DNA of 32,000 nucleotides from an uncultured Erysipelotrichaceae bacterium (GTDB lineage Bacteria > Bacillota_I > Bacilli_A > Erysipelotrichales > Erysipelotrichaceae): assembly GCA_942493105.1 (NCBI GenBank), contig OW818668.1, positions 1,710,001 to 1,742,000 on the forward strand, written 5' to 3'. Positions 1 to 13,326 of this stretch are shown one piece after another. The notes beneath the pieces were generated by a model, which did no database searches, was not told where the DNA came from, and worked only from the letters and a program-made list of their open reading frames with translations. The position numbers were made by a program, and so were the translations under genes. Position 1 is the stretch's first letter. Each line of letters begins with the position of its first letter.

Positions 1-578
1 TTATGGATGACTTCAATGTTGGATAACGCTGTTTTCGCTAGAGGATCCCAATTGATGATACGTTCACCTTGATAGATCAACCCCTCATGATATAAATCAA
101 CAAAAACCTTATTGACGGCTTTATTGAGGCCTTCATCTAAGGTAAAACGTTCTCTGGTATAATCCAAAGAAAGTCCCAAAGTTGCCCACTGTTGACGAAT
201 AAATGAAGCATATTCTTCTTTCCAAGCCCAGGCTTGTTCCAAGAATTTCTCTCTGCCAAGTTCATATCGATTGGTGCCTTGAGCTCTTAAGCGTGCATCT
301 ACTTTGGCTTGGGTTGCGATCCCCGCATGATCCATTCCTGGTAACCAAAGCATATCAAAGCCTTGCATACGTTTAAAACGGGCAATGATGTCTTGAAGTG
401 AAGTGTCCCAAGCATGTCCTAAATGTAGTTTGCCTGTAACGTTTGGAGGTGGGATCACAATCGTAAATGGTTTTTTACTCAGATCTCCTGCTGTAAAATA
501 TCCATTATGGATCCATGTCTGATACTGATTGGATTCGACCGCCTTATGGTCGTATTTTGGGTCTAATTGTTTTCTCAT
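1..578 (-). CDS. valS: valyl-tRNA synthetase, N-terminal ~192 codons (rest of the gene lies beyond the left window edge)
   Basis: Absent from the ORF track because it is truncated. Minus-strand translation from the ATG at 576-578 gives [94 protein letters not shown]... This shows the class-I HIGH signature (KLHLGHA) and the ValRS-typical PPPNVTG and [14 protein letters not shown] blocks. AAGGAG lies 4 nt upstream of the ATG. Confidence 0.9.
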   Translation of the reverse strand, partial: MRKQLDPKYDHKAVESNQYQTWIHNGYFTAGDLSKKPFTIVIPPPNVTGKLHLGHAWDTSLQDIIARFKRMQGFDMLWLPGMDHAGIATQAKVDARLRAQGTNRYELGREKFLEQAWAWKEEYASFIRQQWATLGLSLDYTRERFTLDEGLNKAVNKVFVDLYHEGLIYQGERIINWDPLAKTALSNIEVIH

Positions 579-1158
579 AGTGCTCCTTTGAATACCTTTC
601 TGATACGATATGATCATCACTGTTTAGCCCACAGAAGTGATAGTCGCTTCTATGGCCTAATTCAGGCTCATATTTACGTTTTCTATACGTCCCTTCATAA
701 ATGAATCCTGCTTTTTCAATGACCCTAAATGATGCGATATTTTCAGCATTATGCTGTATCTCAATGCGTTGGAATCCGCAATGATGAAACATTACAGAGA
801 TCAAGATTTGAACTGCTTCTGAGGTGATACCTTTATTCCAATACCGTTTATTTAGGATATAACCGATCTCACCGACATCGCCAAATCTTACTGTATGCAC
901 ATCTACGGTTCCGATCATCTTCATTTGTGGTTTGATCACCACACAATAGGCTTCAGGAATGCCTCTTTCCACTCGAGTTAAGAAGTGATCTTCAATGGCT
1001 TTCACACTTGATGCGACATCTGTATGACGAGGAAACCAAACAAACTGTAGATTTTGGGCATCTCCAGCATATTCAAACATGTCTTTGGCATCTTCAACCC
1101 GTATTGGTCTTAAGATAAAACGATCTGTTTCTATGGTCGGTAATCTTAGATTTAGCAT
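544..1158 (-). CDS. GNAT-family N-acetyltransferase (RimJ/RimL-like)
   Basis: 204-aa ORF. N-terminus [20 protein letters not shown], an acetyl-CoA pocket-like WNKGITSEA, and C-terminal [22 protein letters not shown] are typical of RimJ/RimL-type GNATs. AGGAGG RBS is present. The 3' end overlaps the valS start by 35 nt. Confidence 0.8.
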   Translation of the reverse strand: MLNLRLPTIETDRFILRPIRVEDAKDMFEYAGDAQNLQFVWFPRHTDVASSVKAIEDHFLTRVERGIPEAYCVVIKPQMKMIGTVDVHTVRFGDVGEIGYILNKRYWNKGITSEAVQILISVMFHHCGFQRIEIQHNAENIASFRVIEKAGFIYEGTYRKRKYEPELGHRSDYHFCGLNSDDHIVSERYSKEHYEKTIRPKIRP

Positions 1159-1174
1159 ATTTCCTCCTTGAAAT

Positions 1175-1380
1175 AAAAAAACGCCATCTAAGGACGTTTA
1201 ACGTGGTACCACCTTGGTTTCACTGCTGTGCTCGTTGGAAGATAACGGGTTCACCGGATTTTCTTACTTTGGTTCAGAGAATCGACTAGCGAAGGACTTA
1301 TACGTACATCTTGGTTTTGTTTCATCGGCCCAAAACTTTCTGAATGTCCACTGCACGTTTTAACTTCGGTCTTTGTCGTT
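1175..1380 (-). promoter_or_regulatory. T-box riboswitch leader (tRNA-sensing transcription attenuator) ahead of GNAT-valS
   Basis: Read on the minus strand: ...GAAACCAAGGTGGTACCACGTTAAACGTCCTTAGATGGCGTTTTTTTATTTCAAGGAGGAAATATG. The conserved T-box core GGTGGTACCACG (1202-1213) is followed directly by a 7-bp terminator hairpin (AAACGTC/GGCGTTT, 1179-1199) and a U7 run (1175-1181). The leader is about 200 nt, between a consensus promoter and the RBS. Stem I and the specifier were folded by eye only. Confidence 0.8.
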
Positions 1381-1386
1381 GAAGAT

Positions 1387-1415
1387 ATTATAGACAAAAG
1401 CCCCTTAAGAGTCAA
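1387..1415 (-). promoter_or_regulatory. sigma-A promoter of the T-box/GNAT/valS unit
   Basis: On the minus strand: TTGACT (1410-1415), 17-nt spacer, TATAAT (1387-1392). The -35 abuts the queH stop codon. Confidence 0.75.
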
Positions 1416-2051
1416 TCATTCATCATGCAGATTATGTACAGAATACTCACACCCACAGTACTCTTGACGATAGATCCCTAGCCCTTTTGATACGTTGACA
1501 CTAAAATCAATGCCTTTGTTTTTCTTGAAGTTGGAATAAAAGTATTGGACTTTAGGATAACCACTGGCCAATCGTCTTGCGATCTCATTTATTTTGTTCG
1601 CACTTTTTTGTCTAGAGATCGTCATCACTGTCGTGACATAATCAAAACCATTCGCCGAAGCATAATTGAGGGCTTCTGTGATTCGTAATGCATAACACAT
1701 TCCACAGCGTTGTGAGCCTTCTTTATCTTGGGCTCGTTTTAACAGATAGGTCGTATGATAATTTTCATAGTCATAAGGCTGAGCTATGATTGAAATCTCT
1801 GTGTCATGTTTTTCATTGAAAAGCGTTACATATTTTTCGAGTTCACTTAAGCGATGATCATATTCGGACTGAGGATAAATATTGGAATTATTGTAGTAAA
1901 GGGTAATATTAAAATAAGGAGCCAAATATTCAAGCGGCCAACTATTACATACAGCACAGCAAGAATGCATCAAAAGACTTGGTTTCTTTTCAAGCAATTT
2001 TATCTCATTCAATTTTTCGATTTCCCAATGATGATCTGTTCTTTTGTTCAT
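1416..2051 (-). CDS. queH: epoxyqueuosine reductase QueH (DUF208 type, B12-independent)
   Basis: 211 aa. [18 protein letters not shown] near the N-terminus and a C-terminal EYCGCEYS cysteine cluster are characteristic of QueH. The start overlaps the queA stop (ATGA). Confidence 0.85.
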   Translation of the reverse strand: MNKRTDHHWEIEKLNEIKLLEKKPSLLMHSCCAVCNSWPLEYLAPYFNITLYYNNSNIYPQSEYDHRLSELEKYVTLFNEKHDTEISIIAQPYDYENYHTTYLLKRAQDKEGSQRCGMCYALRITEALNYASANGFDYVTTVMTISRQKSANKINEIARRLASGYPKVQYFYSNFKKNKGIDFSVNVSKGLGIYRQEYCGCEYSVHNLHDE

Positions 2052-3069
2052 TCGATAAACATGGCATCTCCAAAGGAGAAGAACCTGTATTTTAATTGTA
2101 CTGCTTTTTCATAGGCTTGTAAGATAAATTCACGATCTGCTAAAGCACTGACCAACATCACCAGAGTGCTTTTAGGTAGATGAAAGTTGGTAATTAAAGC
2201 ATCAACGGCTTTAAACTCATATCCTGGTGTGATAAAAATCTCAGTAGAGGATGTTTCTGCAATAAATCGACCATGTCGATTCGTCTGTGTTTCTAAAGTG
2301 CGGACACTGGTCGTTCCTACCGCAACGATCCTTCTGTGTTCAGATCGAGCTTGATTCAAAAGAGTGGCTGCTTCACTTGATACTTCATAGAATTCTTCAT
2401 GCATCTTGTGATGACTGACATCGTCTGCATCGACAGGTCTAAATGTTCCTAAACCTACATGTAAGGTTATCTTTATCAGTTCAATGCCTTTGTCTTCAAT
2501 TTGCTTCAATAATTCTGGGGTAAAATGAAGTCCTGCTGTTGGTGCTGCTGCAGAACCCAAATTTCTCGCATAAACAGTCTGATACCGTTCAGGATCTTCT
2601 AATCTTTCTTTGATGTAGGGTGGTAAAGGCATGGTGCCTAATTTTGATAATAGTTCTAAAAAGATGCCTTGAGTGATGATTTTGAATCGACGCAAACCAC
2701 TTTCCCCTAATTCAATACATTCGAATTTAAGAATGCCTTCGCCAAAGTCAATGATCGTTCCTACTTTAACAGCCTTTGCTTTCTTTACGAGACACTCCAC
2801 TTCATTGTGTTCAATTTTCAAAATCAAACATTCGATATGGGCAAGGGTATCTTCTTTGATCCCAAATAAACGGGCAGGCATGACTCTGGATTCATTGACG
2901 ATCAATACATCACCTTTGTTTAAATGATCGATGATGTTGGTAAAGACTTCATGTTTAATGGTTCTATTTTTGCGATTTAAAACCATTAGGCGAGAAGCTG
3001 AACGATCGGCTAATGGATGTTGGGCAATGAGTTCTTCAGGAAGCTCAAAGTTAAAATCAGATGTTTTCA

Positions 3070-3070
<1 letters not shown>
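2048..3070 (-). CDS. queA: S-adenosylmethionine:tRNA ribosyltransferase-isomerase
   Basis: 340 aa. [20 protein letters not shown]...[19 protein letters not shown] and [12 protein letters not shown] match QueA signature blocks. Confidence 0.95.
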
Positions 3071-6028
<2,958 letters not shown>

Positions 6029-6053
6029 AAAGACCTGCTTTCAAAATACACTT

Positions 6054-6062
6054 TATTATACC
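6054..6062 (-). promoter_or_regulatory. candidate extended -10 promoter element for typA operon
   Basis: The minus strand reads TGgTATAAT about 25 nt upstream of the typA ATG. The -35 is poor (TGCCAT). Confidence 0.4.
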
Positions 6063-6222
6063 ATCTAATTACACATTATGGCATATGAATGAGTGCTACC
6101 TTCGCCAGAAGAACGAGCAGTTTGAATTTATCAGTGAAGGAATTGCATTGCAATCTTGATTCAACCACATTCGTTCACTCAAAAATTGCTAAGAAAACCA
6201 TAATTATAATTGTTTATAATGG

Positions 6223-6251
6223 TTGACACACGAGCATCAAGCCACTATAAT
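6223..6251 (+). promoter_or_regulatory. sigma-A promoter of the his operon
   Basis: TTGACA (6223-6228), 17-nt spacer, TATAAT (6246-6251). It lies about 80 nt upstream of the hisZ ATG. Confidence 0.75.
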
Positions 6252-6330
6252 AAACTTAATTTACATCAATTTCGGTTTAGCACTGTAAATTGCTAAAGTA
6301 AAAGTGATCGTTTTGTGAGGTGAACAAGGT

Positions 6331-7593
6331 ATGAATAATCGCTTACTGCATACGGTTGAAGGATTAAGAGATTTACATCCCAAGGACACGGCTCAAAAAA
6401 ACGATCTTGGTAATGAAATACTAAAACAATTTTTTTCTTTTGGTTATGAACAAGTAGAAACTCCAACTTTTGAATATTTTGATATTTATCGGAATGAACG
6501 CGGAACTTCAGATGGAAAAAATCTATATAAGTTCTTTAATCGGGAGGGAGACATATTGGCACTTAGGCCAGACGTGACCCCCTCTATTGCGCGCTACATG
6601 GCCACTTTTTATTCAAATTCAAATTCTCCTCGACGCTTTTGTTACTTAGGAAATGTCTTTTACAATAATGAAAACTACCAAGGTAAATTGCGTGAATTTA
6701 CCCAAGCTGGGGTTGAGTGTATTGGATTTGCTGGTGCAGATGCTGATGCTGAATGTATAGCACTCTCTATTCAAAGTCTCTTGGCTACTGGATTAATCGA
6801 TTTTCAAATCGATATTGGACATGCAGGATTTTTTAATGGTTTAGCAGAAGAAGCAGGCTTTGATAATGAAACGCAAGAAATCGTAAGACGATTGATCGAT
6901 GAAAAAAATCATGTTGCCTTAGAACAATATCTCAATCAACTACAAATCAACGAATCAACAAGAAATGGATTATTGATCCTACCTACCCTTTTTGGTCAAG
7001 AAGAAATTCTTGAACGAGCAACCGCATTAACTCATAACGAAGTTGCCAATCTAGCCATCCTTCGACTAAAAGAAGTGGTATCAATCTTAAAAGAATATTC
7101 ATTGGATCAATATATATCTTTTGATTTAGGAATGGTCAGTAAACTTCAGTATTATACAGGGCTTATTTTTAAGGGATACACCTATGATGCGGGAGATAGT
7201 ATTGTTGATGGTGGTCGTTATGATAATTTACTAGGTACTTTTTCACATCAAGCCCCTGCTGTTGGATTTGCTGTAAAAGTAGATGAAGTCTTGAGTGCTT
7301 TGGCTCGTCAGAATTTTGACATTGAGGTGGCAAAAGTCAACCTATTAATAATCTATGATGAATTAAAGCGAAAAACTGCTATACAACTCGCCCAAAATCT
7401 TAGGAAACGCAAGATGAGCGTAGAGCTTGCTAAGAAAGAATTACAGGATGAAGACTTCATACTTTACGGAAAAGAAAAAGAGATTGAGAAAATGATGTTT
7501 ATTGAAGATGAGGATACAGCTGTGATGATCAACCTATTGTCTGATGAACGTACCCTTGTAAAACTTTCAGACATCCTAGAAAGAGGCCTATAA
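6331..7593 (+). CDS. hisZ: ATP phosphoribosyltransferase regulatory subunit (HisRS paralogue)
   Basis: 420 aa. GLRDLHP, the LRPDVTPSIARY block (HisZ-type rather than the HisS RPEGTA) and GGRYDNL are present. It sits directly before a short-form hisG (TAA then ATG, no gap). Confidence 0.85.
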   Translation: MNNRLLHTVEGLRDLHPKDTAQKNDLGNEILKQFFSFGYEQVETPTFEYFDIYRNERGTSDGKNLYKFFNREGDILALRPDVTPSIARYMATFYSNSNSPRRFCYLGNVFYNNENYQGKLREFTQAGVECIGFAGADADAECIALSIQSLLATGLIDFQIDIGHAGFFNGLAEEAGFDNETQEIVRRLIDEKNHVALEQYLNQLQINESTRNGLLILPTLFGQEEILERATALTHNEVANLAILRLKEVVSILKEYSLDQYISFDLGMVSKLQYYTGLIFKGYTYDAGDSIVDGGRYDNLLGTFSHQAPAVGFAVKVDEVLSALARQNFDIEVAKVNLLIIYDELKRKTAIQLAQNLRKRKMSVELAKKELQDEDFILYGKEKEIEKMMFIEDEDTAVMINLLSDERTLVKLSDILERGL

Positions 7594-8232
7594 ATGCGCT
7601 ATTTAACGTTTGCCTTAGCGAAAGGTCGCTTGGCCACACAAGCTTTAAAATTACTAGAAAAACAAGGTATCACTTGTGAAGAGATGTATACAGAATCTCG
7701 CAAATTGATTTTTGTTAATGAAGAATTGAAATTGAAATTCTTCCTTGCTAAAGCCAATGATGTCCCCACTTATGTTGAATATGGGGCTGCGGATATCGGG
7801 ATCGTTGGTAAAGATACCTTGCTTGAAGAACGTCGTAACTTATTTGAGGTCGTTGATTTAGGTTTTGGTAAATGCAATATGGTTGTTGCTGGACTTGCCA
7901 GTATGCAAGAAACACTAAAAAACAATAACCATATCCGTGTTGCGACCAAGTATCCCAATATTGCTAAAGATTACTTTTACAACAAGAAAAATCAAAAAGT
8001 TGAAATCATTAAGTTAAATGGCTCAATTGAATTAGCTCCATTAGTCGGTCTTTCAGACGTCATTGTCGATATCGTAGAAACCGGATCGACATTAAAGGAA
8101 AATGGCTTGGTTGTTTTAGAAACAATTTGTCCTCTATCTGCAAGAATGGTAGTCAACCGAGTCAGCATGAAAATGGAAAGTGAACGGATCAACAACATTA
8201 TCCAAGGACTTAGAGAAAGGATCTCTCAATGA
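7594..8232 (+). CDS. hisG: ATP phosphoribosyltransferase, short (HisZ-dependent) form
   Basis: 212 aa. [29 protein letters not shown] and [14 protein letters not shown] are present. Confidence 0.95.
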   Translation: MRYLTFALAKGRLATQALKLLEKQGITCEEMYTESRKLIFVNEELKLKFFLAKANDVPTYVEYGAADIGIVGKDTLLEERRNLFEVVDLGFGKCNMVVAGLASMQETLKNNNHIRVATKYPNIAKDYFYNKKNQKVEIIKLNGSIELAPLVGLSDVIVDIVETGSTLKENGLVVLETICPLSARMVVNRVSMKMESERINNIIQGLRERISQ

Positions 8233-9539
8233 AATTTTATGACTTGCGGAATTCAATGGATCTTTCCATTGGTGATTTCCTAAAAAACAGAGAACAAACA
8301 TCTTATGAATCTTATGAGAAAATCGTTGATTCTATTCTTTTGTCTATAAAAGAAAAAGGTAATGAAGCACTTATTGCTTTGACAGCCAAATATGACCAGG
8401 TGACTTTAACGCCTGAAACTCTTTGTGTAAGCGAAGATGAAATACGAGAAGCTTATACTTTAGTAGATGAAAATCTGATTCGAGTGATTCGTCGCGCCTA
8501 TGCTCAAATCTATCAATATCATGTTAAGCAAAAAACTTATTCATGGTTTGATACAGATACTTACGGTATCATGCAAGGTCAAAAAGTAACACCACTGGAT
8601 CGAATTGGAGTCTATGTTCCAGGAGGAACTGCTGTATATCCTTCGAGTGTGTTGATGAATGTTATTCCGGCGCAAGTGGCTGGTGTAGTTGAAATCATCA
8701 TGACAACCCCTATGCAAAAAAACGGAAAAGTTAATCCAGCGACCTTGGTCGCTGCCGATATTTGTGGAATCAAAGAAATCTATAAAGTAGGTGGAGCCCA
8801 AGCAATCGGTGCTCTGGCTTATGGAACTCAAACACTTCGTAAGGTAGATAAGATAGTTGGACCAGGCAACATTTATGTGGCTCTAGCGAAGAAGAAAGTC
8901 TATGGCTTGGTTAGCATTGATTCTATTGCGGGACCTTCAGAAATCTTGGTGATTGCCGATGATTCTGCACGACTTGATTATGTTGCGGCAGATCTATTAT
9001 CACAAGCTGAGCATGATGTACTTGCAAGTGCAGTCCTTATTACTACTGATGAAACCTTGGCTTTCTCGATTGAAGCAGAGCTTATCCGCCAAACCAAATT
9101 GCTTAGTCGATCTTCAATCATAAAACAATCTCTTGAAAACTATGGAGCCATCATTCTAGTCAAGACGCTTGAAGATGCTATTGATTTAACCAATCAAATA
9201 GCCCCAGAACATTTAGAAATCTGTACAAAAGAACCTGTTATGGTGATGAATAAAATCAAACATGCAGGTGCCATCTTTTTAGGAAATTATTCTCCTGAAC
9301 CATTGGGAGATTATATGGCAGGTCCAAATCACATTTTACCCACCAATGGTACTGCTAAGTTTTTCTCACCGTTGAGCGTCGAAGATTTCGTTAAAAAAAG
9401 CAGCATCATCTATTATAACGATCAAGCTTTATATGCCTTAAAAGATGACATTATTACCTTTGCGAATGCTGAAGAATTGACAGCTCATGCATCAGCCATT
9501 CAAATACGCTTTCCTAAAGAAAGTGAGGAAGTGATATGA
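8229..9539 (+). CDS. hisD: histidinol dehydrogenase
   Basis: 436 aa. [34 protein letters not shown] and APEHLE blocks are present. ATGA overlap with hisG. Confidence 0.95.
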   Translation: MKFYDLRNSMDLSIGDFLKNREQTSYESYEKIVDSILLSIKEKGNEALIALTAKYDQVTLTPETLCVSEDEIREAYTLVDENLIRVIRRAYAQIYQYHVKQKTYSWFDTDTYGIMQGQKVTPLDRIGVYVPGGTAVYPSSVLMNVIPAQVAGVVEIIMTTPMQKNGKVNPATLVAADICGIKEIYKVGGAQAIGALAYGTQTLRKVDKIVGPGNIYVALAKKKVYGLVSIDSIAGPSEILVIADDSARLDYVAADLLSQAEHDVLASAVLITTDETLAFSIEAELIRQTKLLSRSSIIKQSLENYGAIILVKTLEDAIDLTNQIAPEHLEICTKEPVMVMNKIKHAGAIFLGNYSPEPLGDYMAGPNHILPTNGTAKFFSPLSVEDFVKKSSIIYYNDQALYALKDDIITFANAEELTAHASAIQIRFPKESEEVI

Positions 9540-10597
9540 ATCGATATGCTCGGATCGATCTTCAAAATTTCAAGCCTTATCATGCATCACCCAAGCCTTA
9601 TGAAATCAAGTGTGATGCCAATGAAATGCCCTTTGAGCATCAAAAGGAGTTCGTTGAACATATGGCAAAATGGATGTCTGAAAAAGATAATCTCACAAGG
9701 TATCCAGATACAGATTGCATCCAGCTTCGCGAAAAAATTGCGGAGGTCATAAATGTCACAAAAGAAAATATTCTTTGCGGAGTAGGCTCTGATCAAATCA
9801 TTGAGTTGATTATAAAAGTATTTCTTGAACCTGGCGACTCTGTGGTAATGCCGACCCCCTCCTTCAGTATGTATCCATTATCTACAATATTAAATCGCGG
9901 AAAAGCCATTGAAGTACCACTAGATCAAGACTTCAATTATGACATCGACAAAATGATCCAGATCATTCAAGATGTTAAACCAAAACTAGTCTTCTTGTGT
10001 ACACCAAACAATCCAACCGGCTGTCTGCTGTCCTCTGAAGACATCAAACGTATTCTGAAGATCGCTGATTGTCCCGTTGTTGTGGATGAAGCCTATGCTG
10101 AATTTACACAAGAATCGATGATTGAGGATCTTATGGACTACCCAGATTTAATTATTTTAAGAACCTTCTCTAAATCATATGGGTTGGCTGGATTAAGATC
10201 AGGTTATGCCATTGCACATCCTGATATGATTGAGACCATTAATCTGGTCAAGCCTCCTTACAATGTGTCGAGCTATGCTCAAGAAGCATCCTTCTTTGTA
10301 CTAGAACATAAAGCTTATTACGATGACATGGTAAAAAAGAGTATTCAACAACGTGATTGGCTCAAGAATGAGTTACAAGCCTTTGATGTTGTAGAAAGAG
10401 TATATGAAAGTCATGCGAATTTCATTCTTGTACGATTAAAACAAGATTCGATTGCTGAAGCACTTTATCAGCAAAAGATTCTTGTAAGAGATTATCCCCC
10501 TACTGGACCACTTGCTCATTGCATTAGGATTACCGTAGGAACCGAAACAGAAAACAAAAGAATCATAAACGCACTAAAGGAGGCAACCCATGAATAA
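9536..10597 (+). CDS. hisC: histidinol-phosphate aminotransferase
   Basis: 353 aa. NPTG, the VVDEAYAEF motif and the PLP-lysine motif TFSKSYGLAGLRSGY are present. ATGA overlap with hisD. Confidence 0.9.
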   Translation: MNRYARIDLQNFKPYHASPKPYEIKCDANEMPFEHQKEFVEHMAKWMSEKDNLTRYPDTDCIQLREKIAEVINVTKENILCGVGSDQIIELIIKVFLEPGDSVVMPTPSFSMYPLSTILNRGKAIEVPLDQDFNYDIDKMIQIIQDVKPKLVFLCTPNNPTGCLLSSEDIKRILKIADCPVVVDEAYAEFTQESMIEDLMDYPDLIILRTFSKSYGLAGLRSGYAIAHPDMIETINLVKPPYNVSSYAQEASFFVLEHKAYYDDMVKKSIQQRDWLKNELQAFDVVERVYESHANFILVRLKQDSIAEALYQQKILVRDYPPTGPLAHCIRITVGTETENKRIINALKEATHE

Positions 10598-11186
10598 GGT
10601 TCGTCAAGCAACAAAAGAACGTAAATCAAAAGAAACATCCATTCGTATATCCGTCAATCTAGATGGAACTGGTGTTTCAACAATCTCAACAGGCATAGGA
10701 TTTTTCGATCATATGCTCACCCTTTTATCAAAATACAGCTTTATTGATATGAGCATAGAGGCTCAAGGCGATCTGCAGATTGATTCACATCACACTGTTG
10801 AAGATGTTGCGATCGTGTTGGGTGATTGTCTTGATGAAGCTTTTAAAGATAAAGCAGGTATTAAAAGATATGGTTTCTTTGGGGTTCCAATGGATGAGAC
10901 TCTCGTTATCAGTACCATTGATTTATCCGGAAGACCTTATCTAAATTTCAATGCATCATTCACGACAGATCGACTAGGAACGATGGAATCAGAAATGATT
11001 GAAGAATTCTTTAGGACCCTTAGTGTTCGACTTAAAATGAATTGTCATATTGAAGTTCGCCAAGGTAAAAATAACCATCATATCGCAGAAGGAATATTTA
11101 AAGCCTTTGGGAAATCGTTAGATGAGGCAAAAACCATTGATCCAAGAATCAAAGAAGTGCTTTCCACAAAAGGGTTGTTAGACTAA
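10590..11186 (+). CDS. hisB: imidazoleglycerol-phosphate dehydratase (monofunctional; no phosphatase domain)
   Basis: 198 aa. GIGFFDHMLT, DSHHTVEDVAI and NNHHIAEGIFKAFG are present. 8-nt overlap with hisC. Confidence 0.95.
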   Translation: MNKVRQATKERKSKETSIRISVNLDGTGVSTISTGIGFFDHMLTLLSKYSFIDMSIEAQGDLQIDSHHTVEDVAIVLGDCLDEAFKDKAGIKRYGFFGVPMDETLVISTIDLSGRPYLNFNASFTTDRLGTMESEMIEEFFRTLSVRLKMNCHIEVRQGKNNHHIAEGIFKAFGKSLDEAKTIDPRIKEVLSTKGLLD

Positions 11187-11204
11187 AACAAAGGAGCTAC
11201 GAAG

Positions 11205-11804
11205 ATGATCGGTATTATTGACTATGGGATGGGGAATCTGAAAAGCGTATCCAATGCCCTAAATTTTCTAGGTGCACAACATTTTATAAGTGATGATTAT
11301 GATCTCCTCTTAACGGCTGACAAGCTCATATTGCCAGGCGTTGGTGCTTTTAAAGATGCCATCGATCTCATACGCAAAAAGAAATTCGATCAATTATTGA
11401 TAGAATCAAAGGCCCAAGGAAAACCGATATTGGGTATCTGTTTGGGTATGCAATTGCTTTTTGATACATCTACTGAATTCGGATTTCATCAAGGCCTTAG
11501 AATGCTGAAGGGACAGATTGTATTTATGGATGTGTCGTTGAAGGTTCCTCATATGGGATGGAATCGTTTAGATATTCATAAAGAATCCCCATTATTTGTT
11601 GGGTTACCTGAAAATAGCTATGTTTACTTCGTACATTCTTATCATTTAGAAACAACTGAAGATATTGTTTCAGCAACTACGAATTATGAAAAGGATATCC
11701 AAGTGGCGGTTCAGCAAGGAAATATATACGGCTTACAATTTCATCCTGAAAAGAGCGGTGATGTGGGTTTGAAGATCCTTAGAAATTTCATTGAATTGAG
11801 TTAG
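11205..11804 (+). CDS. hisH: imidazole glycerol phosphate synthase, glutaminase subunit
   Basis: 199 aa. IIDYGMGNL, LPGVGAF, the catalytic GICLGMQLL and FHPEKS are present. Confidence 0.95.
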   Translation: MIGIIDYGMGNLKSVSNALNFLGAQHFISDDYDLLLTADKLILPGVGAFKDAIDLIRKKKFDQLLIESKAQGKPILGICLGMQLLFDTSTEFGFHQGLRMLKGQIVFMDVSLKVPHMGWNRLDIHKESPLFVGLPENSYVYFVHSYHLETTEDIVSATTNYEKDIQVAVQQGNIYGLQFHPEKSGDVGLKILRNFIELS

Positions 11805-11813
11805 GAGACAAGT

Positions 11814-12539
11814 ATGCAACTATACCCTGCAATTGATATCAAGAATGGTAAATGTGTACGACTTTACAAGGGCTTGTTTAATCAAGAAACCATCTTTAGT
11901 GAGAGCCCTTTAGAGGTTGCAAAACAATGGGAACTAGATGGAGCGACTTATCTTCATATCATAGATTTAGATGGCGCACTCAACGGTGAATGGGTCAACA
12001 AAGCAGTATTTAGTGATATCTTAAAATCAGTAAAGATTCCTATACAAACAGGGGGTGGGATCAGAACCCTTGAAGATATTAAACAACGCCTAGAAATGGG
12101 CATAGATCGCGTCATAATAGGTACAATGGCCGTCAAGGATCCTGAATTTGTAAAAGAGGCCATCCAACACTTTGGTTCCGAACATATTGTGGTAGGTATC
12201 GATGCAAAAAACGGATGTGTTGCCACTCATGGTTGGGAGCAAGTTAGTACCCTTGAGGCAGCAGAATTTGCATTAGCCATGAAGCAGTTGGGCGTCAAGT
12301 ATATTATCTACACAGACATAAGCAAAGATGGAACGATGGAAGGTCCTAATATTGAGCAAACACAAAATCTGATAATTAAAACCGGAATGAACATCATTGC
12401 CTCGGGTGGTATTTCAAGCATAGACGATCTGTATGAAACTCAGAGAATTGGGGCAACAGGAACCATCATTGGTAAAGCTTTATATTTAAATGCGATCCAT
12501 CTTAAAGAAGCGATTAAGCTGTTTGAAAGAGGTGAATAA
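11814..12539 (+). CDS. hisA: ProFAR isomerase
   Basis: 241 aa. LYPAIDIKNGKCVRL, LHIIDLDGA and GGGIRT are present. Confidence 0.95.
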   Translation: MQLYPAIDIKNGKCVRLYKGLFNQETIFSESPLEVAKQWELDGATYLHIIDLDGALNGEWVNKAVFSDILKSVKIPIQTGGGIRTLEDIKQRLEMGIDRVIIGTMAVKDPEFVKEAIQHFGSEHIVVGIDAKNGCVATHGWEQVSTLEAAEFALAMKQLGVKYIIYTDISKDGTMEGPNIEQTQNLIIKTGMNIIASGGISSIDDLYETQRIGATGTIIGKALYLNAIHLKEAIKLFERGE

Positions 12540-13304
12540 ATGTTATCTAAACGAATTATTCCATGTTTGGATGTAGATAAAGGTCGTGTTGTAAAGGGTG
12601 TCCAATTTGTAGATCTGATCGATGCTGGTGATCCGGTAGAAGTTGCTAAAGCCTACAATAAAAGTCTGGCTGATGAGATCATCTTTCTGGATATTACTGC
12701 TTCTCATGAGCAACGTGGAACGATCCTTGATATCGTTAGAAAAACTGCTGCAGAAGTATTTATTCCCTTGACTGTAGGTGGTGGTATCAGAACCATTGAA
12801 GACATTCGAAATATACTGTTAGCAGGTGCAGATAAGGTATCAATCAATTCTGCTGCAATTGCACGACCAGCATTGATCAATGAAGCATCTCAACGATTTG
12901 GTTCACAATGTATCGTTGTTGCGATTGATGCCAAGTTCAATAAGGAACGTAAAAGTTGGGATGTATATTCTCATGGGGGAAGAAACAATCAAGCACTAGA
13001 TGCCATAGAATGGGCTATTGAAGCAGAAAAACGAGGTGCTGGAGAAATTCTTTTGACCAGTATGGATAAGGATGGGACAAAGTCTGGTTATGATAATGAA
13101 TTGATACGATGCGTAAGTGAAGCTGTAAGAATTCCTGTGATCGCAAGTGGTGGTGCTGGGACACTTGAACACTTCAAAGATGCAATAATCAAAGGTAAAG
13201 CAGATGCTGTTCTTGCTGCCTCCCTATTTCATTTCAAAGAGATCGACATAAAAGATCTAAAAAATTATTTGAATGATGAAAACATACCTGTTAGGTTGAA
13301 ATAA
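12540..13304 (+). CDS. hisF: imidazole glycerol phosphate synthase, cyclase subunit
   Basis: 254 aa. [16 protein letters not shown] and IASGGAG are present. The ATG abuts the hisA TAA. Confidence 0.95.
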   Translation: MLSKRIIPCLDVDKGRVVKGVQFVDLIDAGDPVEVAKAYNKSLADEIIFLDITASHEQRGTILDIVRKTAAEVFIPLTVGGGIRTIEDIRNILLAGADKVSINSAAIARPALINEASQRFGSQCIVVAIDAKFNKERKSWDVYSHGGRNNQALDAIEWAIEAEKRGAGEILLTSMDKDGTKSGYDNELIRCVSEAVRIPVIASGGAGTLEHFKDAIIKGKADAVLAASLFHFKEIDIKDLKNYLNDENIPVRLK

Positions 13305-13326
13305 CTTCACTAGAAAGGAGATGAAT

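Noticed and set aside
1854-2114. 86-aa plus-strand ORF; also 2673-2927, 7770-8198 (-), 8541-8831 (-), 9546-9796 and 11954-12226 (-)
   Set aside because: These are shadow ORFs inside queH/queA and the his genes. The host genes carry textbook motifs in the other frame or strand.
6029-6330. Looked for a His T-box riboswitch or a His-codon leader-peptide attenuator upstream of hisZ
   Set aside because: There is no GGTGGTACC-like core, no terminator/antiterminator pair and no His-rich mini-ORF. The leader is only about 80 nt. The repeats found there are reported separately as possible protein operators.
10590-11186. Missing histidinol-phosphate phosphatase in the his operon (hisB is dehydratase-only)
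   Set aside because: This is normal for Bacillota, where a PHP-family HisK/HisJ phosphatase is usually encoded elsewhere. It is not an anomaly.
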